A stretch of 64,000 nt of DNA from the NCBI GenBank assembly GCA_963806225.1, contig CAWDXG010000004.1, forward strand, positions 3,680,001-3,744,000, given 5' to 3'. Below, piece after piece: positions 58,355 to 64,000 of the stretch. The notes under the pieces were generated by a model. The model saw only the letters and a list, made by a program, of their open reading frames with translations, had not been told where the DNA came from and did not search any database. The first letter of the stretch is position 1, and the number at the start of each line of letters is the position of its first letter. The position numbers were made by a program, and so were the translations under genes. The stretch comes from an uncultured delta proteobacterium (GTDB taxonomy: Bacteria > Myxococcota_A > Polyangia > Polyangiales > Polyangiaceae).

Positions 58355-59860
58355 TCACTCCGCCGGCAGGACGGCCACGGCGGCGGCGGACGGCGAGCCG
58401 TGGCGCAGGCGTCCGGCCGAGAGCCGGTCGGACGCGATCCCGTAGCGTTCGGCGATCCGATCGACGGCGGTCTCCGTCGCTTTCTTGTCGGGCAGCACGC
58501 CGCGATACAGCGCGATCTGGATCGGCGAGCGCGGAAACACGCCAGCCAGGAGCCCCGCCGTCGGCAGCAATGCGTCCACGTCCGGCTTCGTACCCGGCTG
58601 CCGGTAGACGAGCAGCGGCGCGGCCGCCGCCGCGCGCTGCGTGCCAGCATCGACCGCCGGCAGGGCCGGCGACGCGGGGCGTTCCTGTTCCTGCAGGTCG
58701 CCGGGTTTCGCGGAGCGAACCAGTGCTGCCACGACATCGCCATCCAGCGGCGCCTGCTCGGGAGCCGGGGTGCCGAGCAGCTGGACACCGCGCCAGAAGC
58801 GCCAGGTCAACTGGAACAGCGAGTCCAGCGTCACCGCACCACGACCAGAAAGCTCGAGCTGCTCGGCATTTCCGGCCAGCGTCTCGCGGCTCCCCTGCCC
58901 CAATCGCGTGAGCAGCGCCAGCGGTTCGGGGGCGCCCTTCTCGGCCGCCACGCGCCGCGCGGCACCGCTCGCGTCGGCCGCTACGTCCTTCGTCGCGGCA
59001 AGCCAGATCCGCGACCAGCTCACTAGCTCGGCGCGGTGCTTTTCGATCAGGGAACGCTGCGCCACGGCCACGAACGGCACCAGGTGCAGAGCATCGCCCG
59101 TGCCGAACAGCATCCTCGCTGTGCCTGCGTCGCGCTCGTCCCGGCCGCGCTCGACCGCCACCAGATCGGCGTCGGTCGCAGAAGGCGACACGAGCTGGAC
59201 GCGCGCAGCATCGACGCCGTTCATGTCGAGTGCGAACAAGCCGAGGAATGCCGCCGACGAACCCGGGGCCGCGGCGAGCTTCACGGCACCCTTCGCCGGC
59301 AGCTGGGCCAGCGAAGAGTACCTGGACTCGAGCACCTCGCGGCCCGACGACCAGCCCGTGACGAGGAACATCTCTGGATCGAGCGCCTTGATGTGCTCGA
59401 ACGAAGCCACGAAGCGCGGCAGCGGCAGCAGCGCCACGTCGGCTCCCGCCTTGTCCGCGCCGCCGCGCGCCAGCGCGCGTTCCACGTCGTCGGGGCTGTC
59501 CACGACCGAAAGCGCCACGTCCAGACCGGCCTCGCCGAAGCGACTCTGCTTGTCGCCGGCAGCGAGCCCGTGGTTGGCCACCAGGCCCGCGGCGGCCAGG
59601 TCCCAACCGAGCGCCACCACGCGCAAGGGGCGGCCAAGCGAGGGCGTCGCGCTCACGCTCGCCGCCGGCGCGTGCGGAGCGGCCGACGCGGACCCGCGGG
59701 CCGTCACCGATGTCGGCGCGGATGCCGAGGCCGACGCCGACGCCGACGCCGCCCGGACGGGCGCGCCGCCCTGGGCAGGCACGCGGTGCCGCGCGAAGAG
59801 GACCCCGACAAAAGTGCCGAGCATCACGACCAGAACCGCAAAGACGATATTCGAACGCAC
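58355..59860 (-). CDS. Membrane-anchored periplasmic binding protein-like (SsuA/THI5-like), degenerate OmpA-like tail
   Basis: N-terminal TM, Ala/Ser linker, FGEAGLDV, GWSSGRE; C-terminal RYGIASDRL. Confidence 0.5.
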   Translation of the reverse strand: MRSNIVFAVLVVMLGTFVGVLFARHRVPAQGGAPVRAASASASASASAPTSVTARGSASAAPHAPAASVSATPSLGRPLRVVALGWDLAAAGLVANHGLAAGDKQSRFGEAGLDVALSVVDSPDDVERALARGGADKAGADVALLPLPRFVASFEHIKALDPEMFLVTGWSSGREVLESRYSSLAQLPAKGAVKLAAAPGSSAAFLGLFALDMNGVDAARVQLVSPSATDADLVAVERGRDERDAGTARMLFGTGDALHLVPFVAVAQRSLIEKHRAELVSWSRIWLAATKDVAADASGAARRVAAEKGAPEPLALLTRLGQGSRETLAGNAEQLELSGRGAVTLDSLFQLTWRFWRGVQLLGTPAPEQAPLDGDVVAALVRSAKPGDLQEQERPASPALPAVDAGTQRAAAAAPLLVYRQPGTKPDVDALLPTAGLLAGVFPRSPIQIALYRGVLPDKKATETAVDRIAERYGIASDRLSAGRLRHGSPSAAAVAVLPAE

Positions 59861-59863
59861 GGA

Positions 59864-61075
59864 TCACCAGTGGGAGGACGGCGCCCCGGTGCCGAGGCGA
59901 TGCCGCCCGGGGTAGTTGCCGTGGACCAGCTTCTTCAGCGCGTTGGCGGGCACGGCAAGGTTCAGGTTCTGCACGCGGCCGAGCATCCCGGCGAACTGCG
60001 CCGTGGTGATGCCGACGACCCGGCCCTGCATGTCGAACAGAGGCCCACCCGAGTTCCCGGGGGAAATCGGCACCGAGATCTGGATCCAGCGCTTGCCCTG
60101 GTAGAGCCGTCGCGACGACACCAGTCCGTCGGTCAACGTGTGATCGAGCCCGAGCGGATTGCCGATGGCGATGACGTGTTGGCCCACGACGACACTCTCC
60201 GAATCGCCCAACGGGACCGGCTCGACGTCCACCTTCTTGCCGTGGCTCGGCTTGTCCGGGTCGACTCTCAGGAGCGCCAGATCGTCGCTGGGCGAATCGG
60301 CAAGCAGATCCACGTCGTCGAATGTCGCGCCTGCCATGAAACGGACCTGGACGTGCTTGGCCTCCCCAATCACGTGGTGATTCGTCACGATTGTGCCGTG
60401 CCGGTCGATCAGGAATCCGGTGCCGCCACCTTCCTGTCCGTGGGCTTGCTCGATGGCGATGGTCACCACGGCGGGCGCCAGCTGCTTGAAGAGCTCGGCC
60501 GGGGTCCGGTCCCCGCTCTTGGCGGGCGCGGCCTGGACCGGCCCCGCGTCGGGCTCCGTCTCGAGCACCGGTACCGAGGCGCTGGGCCGAGGCGCGGGAG
60601 CGGAGGCACCCGGCGTCGATTTCCGTGCGGAAGATGACGCGACCGCGGCGGGCAATGCCTTCTCCGGAGCGGGTCGCTTCACGCCGGCCAGCAGGTACGC
60701 CACCGACGCAGGGGTGGCGAGCCCGGCCTTGTCGAAGCGCGCTGCCTCATCCGAAAGCCACGGCCGCGTCAGACCGTGCAGCCCCACGGCAAAGAGTAGC
60801 CCGAACCCGAGCCAGGTCAGCGCGAACACATCACCCGGCAACCCGCGCGCGCGCACCGGATCGTCGTCCGGGAGCAGGCGATCCGCGATGACGGCCGGCA
60901 CCACCAAGGCCACCAGCAGCGCCACGGCGACGCGGATCCAACCGCTGCCGGTGAAGCGCCCGACACACGCCATCAGCGCGATCAGCGTGGCCAGCAAGCC
61001 AGCGATCATCGCGACCACCTTCACCCCTCGGCGGCACGCCACCAGGACAGGACTCGAATTCTGCTTCTTCTTCAT
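59864..61075 (-). CDS. Membrane-bound HtrA-like (S1C) serine protease without PDZ
   Basis: Three N-terminal TMs, GTGF, TNHHV, DLALL, ISPGNSGGP. Confidence 0.88.
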   Translation of the reverse strand: MKKKQNSSPVLVACRRGVKVVAMIAGLLATLIALMACVGRFTGSGWIRVAVALLVALVVPAVIADRLLPDDDPVRARGLPGDVFALTWLGFGLLFAVGLHGLTRPWLSDEAARFDKAGLATPASVAYLLAGVKRPAPEKALPAAVASSSARKSTPGASAPAPRPSASVPVLETEPDAGPVQAAPAKSGDRTPAELFKQLAPAVVTIAIEQAHGQEGGGTGFLIDRHGTIVTNHHVIGEAKHVQVRFMAGATFDDVDLLADSPSDDLALLRVDPDKPSHGKKVDVEPVPLGDSESVVVGQHVIAIGNPLGLDHTLTDGLVSSRRLYQGKRWIQISVPISPGNSGGPLFDMQGRVVGITTAQFAGMLGRVQNLNLAVPANALKKLVHGNYPGRHRLGTGAPSSHW

Positions 61076-61201
61076 CCCCGCGCGTCCCGGATTCCTGGTA
61101 GTCCGCCCCGCCGCGGGCGTCGAGCCACGTCGCACAAACGCCGAGCGGGAGCCGCCTGTTGAAGCGACTCCCGCTGGCTGTCCGGCAGCCCGGACGTTCG
61201 G

Positions 61202-61948
61202 CTACTTCTCGTAGACCTGCGCGGCCGCGATGCCCTGCCCACCGGCGACAGTGAGCACCACCTTGACCGGGAAGGCGAAGGGGGCCGGGTTCTTGAAGCA
61301 GTTGGGCTTCTTGCCGAGCACCGCCTGCGAACCCGAGTCCTGGTCGGAAGCGATCACCGGCGTCATGCCCGGCAGCGGCGTGACCGCCACGAACTGCACG
61401 TTCACCTCCGAGACCGGCGGCAGCCCAGCAGCGACGACCGTGTAGCACTTGCCCGGCTGCAGCTGCAGCTGGCTGGAGAGGGTCTGGCCCTGCTGGAAGT
61501 TGCCCGCCAGGGTCGAGCCCACGGGACGCGATCCGGCCACCATCTGGCTCTGCGCCAGTCCGGTCAGGATCGGTTGAGCGGCGGCAGCCGCCGACGGGTC
61601 GATCTGCTGTGCCGCTCCGCCGGCGGCGCCGGCAGCGGGAGCCGTCCCGGCCGGTGCAGGAGCGGTCGTGGTCGGCGCGGGCTGTCCGTAGCCCGGCTGT
61701 CCGTAGCCCGGCTGCTGTCCGTAGCCCGGCTGCTGTCCGTAGCCCGGCTGGCCCGGCTGCGGCTGCTGGCCGTAGCCCGGCTGGCCCGGCTGCGGCTGCT
61801 GGTAGCCCGGCTGGCCGTAGCCCGGCTGGCCGTAGGCGCCCTGCTGGTAGCCGGCCTGCTGCGGCGGCGGGGTCTCGTCCTTCTTGCAGCCCACGGCGCT
61901 CGTGGCAGCGACTGCGCACGCGAGCCCAAGGATCATCGCTCTGGTCAT
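61202..61948 (-). CDS. Lipoprotein with GYGQP repeats and C-terminal beta-sandwich domain
   Basis: AVGC-KK lipobox, [18 protein letters not shown] motif. Confidence 0.8.
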   Translation of the reverse strand: MTRAMILGLACAVAATSAVGCKKDETPPPQQAGYQQGAYGQPGYGQPGYQQPQPGQPGYGQQPQPGQPGYGQQPGYGQQPGYGQPGYGQPAPTTTAPAPAGTAPAAGAAGGAAQQIDPSAAAAAQPILTGLAQSQMVAGSRPVGSTLAGNFQQGQTLSSQLQLQPGKCYTVVAAGLPPVSEVNVQFVAVTPLPGMTPVIASDQDSGSQAVLGKKPNCFKNPAPFAFPVKVVLTVAGGQGIAAAQVYEK

Positions 61949-62156
61949 TCGAAAAGCTCCTCGTTGCCTCGTTGTTCCTGTGACTCGAACGCTCGGTAAC
62001 GCGCGGGCGCCCGGACGCGGAAGGCTATACTTGGACGGCGCGCTGGGTCCAGCCAATCACCCTTTTCGGCGGTCGAAGCCGTCAATACTGATCCTGCGTG
62101 CAGCCATCCGGCGACGCGGCTGACGCGAGCGCGGCTCTGGGCCAAGCTGTGTTCGC

Positions 62157-62960
62157 GTGCGATTCGCCCTGGTCACCGACGTTCATTTCGGTCCCGCCGC
62201 CTACTTCGAGGGGCGGCTGCGCAAGCTCTCACACGAGGCCGGGCGGCTGCTCGGCGGGTTCGTCGAGCGCATGAACCAGTCGGTGCGGCCCGATCTGGTG
62301 GTGAACCTGGGCGACGCGATCGAGGACGAATCACCCGCGGCCGACCGCGATCGCTACACGGAATTCCTTTCCGTGCTGTCCCGGCTACAAGCGCCGCTGC
62401 TGCACGTCGCCGGCAACCACGACAGCGTCCACCTCGATGACGCCGCGCTCGGTGCGCTCTGGCAACGCCAGGGGCCGCTGTACTACAGCCGCGATGTCGG
62501 CGGCGTGCACTTCGTGGTCCTCAGGACGGAAGAAACGAAGGACGTCGCCGTGCACCTGCCCGCCGAACAGATCGACTGGCTCGCCGCCGATCTCGCCGGA
62601 GAGGCGCTGCCGGCGATCGTGCTCACGCACCACCCCGCGAGTGATCAATCGCTCGAGGGCAACCGTTGGTTCGAGAAGGCACCGCACATCTGCCGCATCG
62701 CCGAGCGCAGGAAGCTGCGCGCCGCGATCGAAGCGAGCGGCAAGGTGCTCGGAGTGTTCAACGGCCATGCGCACTGGAACCACGTCGACGTGATTGCCGG
62801 TATCCCGTACGTGACGCTGCAGAGCCTGGTGGAGAACCTCGACGACGATGCGCCGGGACGCGCCGCAGCGGCATACGCGGTGTGCGATGTCGACGAACGA
62901 AGCCTGCGCGTGTACATCGGCGGCGAGCACGAGCTCCGCCTCGAGTTCCAACGCCGCTGA
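62157..62960 (+). CDS. Calcineurin-like metallophosphoesterase
   Basis: DVH, GD, GNHD, HH, GHAH motifs. Confidence 0.92.
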   Translation: MRFALVTDVHFGPAAYFEGRLRKLSHEAGRLLGGFVERMNQSVRPDLVVNLGDAIEDESPAADRDRYTEFLSVLSRLQAPLLHVAGNHDSVHLDDAALGALWQRQGPLYYSRDVGGVHFVVLRTEETKDVAVHLPAEQIDWLAADLAGEALPAIVLTHHPASDQSLEGNRWFEKAPHICRIAERRKLRAAIEASGKVLGVFNGHAHWNHVDVIAGIPYVTLQSLVENLDDDAPGRAAAAYAVCDVDERSLRVYIGGEHELRLEFQRR

Positions 62961-63048
62961 CCCGGTAGCGGCAGGTCCTGGCAGCCGCTCCACTGCAGAG
63001 ACACGCCCCACTCGCGCCGCGCGCGGCGCCCTGCTTCGCCCCTGGCCG

Positions 63049-64000
63049 CTACGGCGCAATCCGCGCCAGGCCCAACCCGACCGGATACATCGAGCCGCCT
63101 TCGATGAACGCGCTCACCAGCTCGGTGCCGCTCATCACCGCGCCGTAGCCGGTGAGCCGGGTGGGGTCGGTCGCGATCGTCTGCGGGCCCCAGATCTTCT
63201 TGCCCGATCCGTCGACGCGTACCACGTCCAGGTGCTTCGCCTGGTACACGGTGCCCGTGTAGTTGCCCATCACCACCAGCGTGTCCGCGCCGTCGGCCAC
63301 GGGATAGGCGTTGTTGTAGTAGTCGGGCGCGGAGCCAATCACGACCGGGCTCGCCAGCGCCTTGCCGGACTTGTCGAGGCGCACCATCTCCATCGTGATC
63401 GTCGGTTGATTGAAGTGCTCGTACACCATGCGCGCTTCGCTGCCGGTGCTCGCGAGCGCCGGCACCTCCGTGCTGTCGGGAACGGGCTGGGTGACGGCGC
63501 CCGTGGTGGAGCCGTCGCTGCCGACGCGGCCGACCACCACCCGGTTGGACGCGCGCGCCGCGACGAGGAAGCCGTCCCCGACGAACGCAGAGGAAACGAA
63601 GCTGTCGACCAGTCCGCCGGGCATCGGGATACTGGCCGGCGGCGTGGTGGAAATGCCGTCGGCCGAGACCACCGCCGCAGCCAGTGACTTCGAGCCTTGC
63701 TCGATCCACACGAGCAGCGGCGAGCCGCCCTGGCGCTCGCCGAACACGGCGCCACGTCCATCTGCCGACACCGTCTTCTTGTGGGTCGCCTTCCCGCTCG
63801 CGTCGATCGCGAACAGCTCGACGCCCTGTCCGTAGCCGCTGGTGGCGAGCTCCCAACCGCCGGGGCGCACCGCCAGCGCAATCTGCGACGGACAGTTCGC
63901 CGCGACGGGTCCGCTCTTGCCGATCAGCGACAGATCCGGCTTGAAGCGCGCGAACCAGACCTGGGGACCGCCGCTGCTCCGCGAGATCCACGCCAGGCCG
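63049..64000 (-). CDS. Hypothetical beta-rich protein (5' end outside window)
   Basis: Frame of ORF 63049..63870 stays open to the window edge (GLAWISRSSGGPQVWFARF...). Confidence 0.7.
   Translation of the reverse strand, partial: GLAWISRSSGGPQVWFARFKPDLSLIGKSGPVAANCPSQIALAVRPGGWELATSGYGQGVELFAIDASGKATHKKTVSADGRGAVFGERQGGSPLLVWIEQGSKSLAAAVVSADGISTTPPASIPMPGGLVDSFVSSAFVGDGFLVAARASNRVVVGRVGSDGSTTGAVTQPVPDSTEVPALASTGSEARMVYEHFNQPTITMEMVRLDKSGKALASPVVIGSAPDYYNNAYPVADGADTLVVMGNYTGTVYQAKHLDVVRVDGSGKKIWGPQTIATDPTRLTGYGAVMSGTELVSAFIEGGSMYPVGLGLARIAP

Noticed and set aside
1..64000. Prophage, IS, integron, tRNA/rRNA or defence-island genes
   Set aside because: No transposase, integrase, RT, nuclease or structural RNA signatures recognised

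Overview
Very GC-rich, gene-dense bacterial DNA. Gene content points to a myxobacterium, probably Polyangiaceae-like (inference): a TIGR04551-type outer-membrane protein, a kinase-TPR giant, an FHA protein, a secreted caspase/ECF module and many Pro/Gly-rich lipoproteins. About 50 CDS can be supported. They include a polyhydroxyalkanoate cluster (phaR, phasin-like gene, class III-like phaC, SDR) with repeated TGC-N3-GCA boxes, facing a divergent surface operon (two lipoproteins, an alpha/beta-hydrolase and an OM protein). Also present are an ECF sigma/anti-sigma/exported caspase module, a degenerate dynamin-like gene, a histidine kinase, an MCP, GT-C-like membrane proteins, a UDPGP-sppA-ABC-proB operon, pcnB, coaX and several proteases. 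Two non-coding elements stand out. One is a ~190-nt multibranch structured RNA candidate with its own intrinsic terminator (16285-16474). The other is a 1.1-kb hierarchical REP/BIME-like array (36966-38068) built from GTAG-footed GCGAAGC hairpins with compensatory base changes. Three single-base frameshifts (dynamin-like gene, GT-C-like gene, coaX) suggest assembly indels. I saw no rRNA, tRNA, CRISPR array, transposase, integrase or reverse transcriptase. All product calls come from motif recognition by eye, not from database searches.
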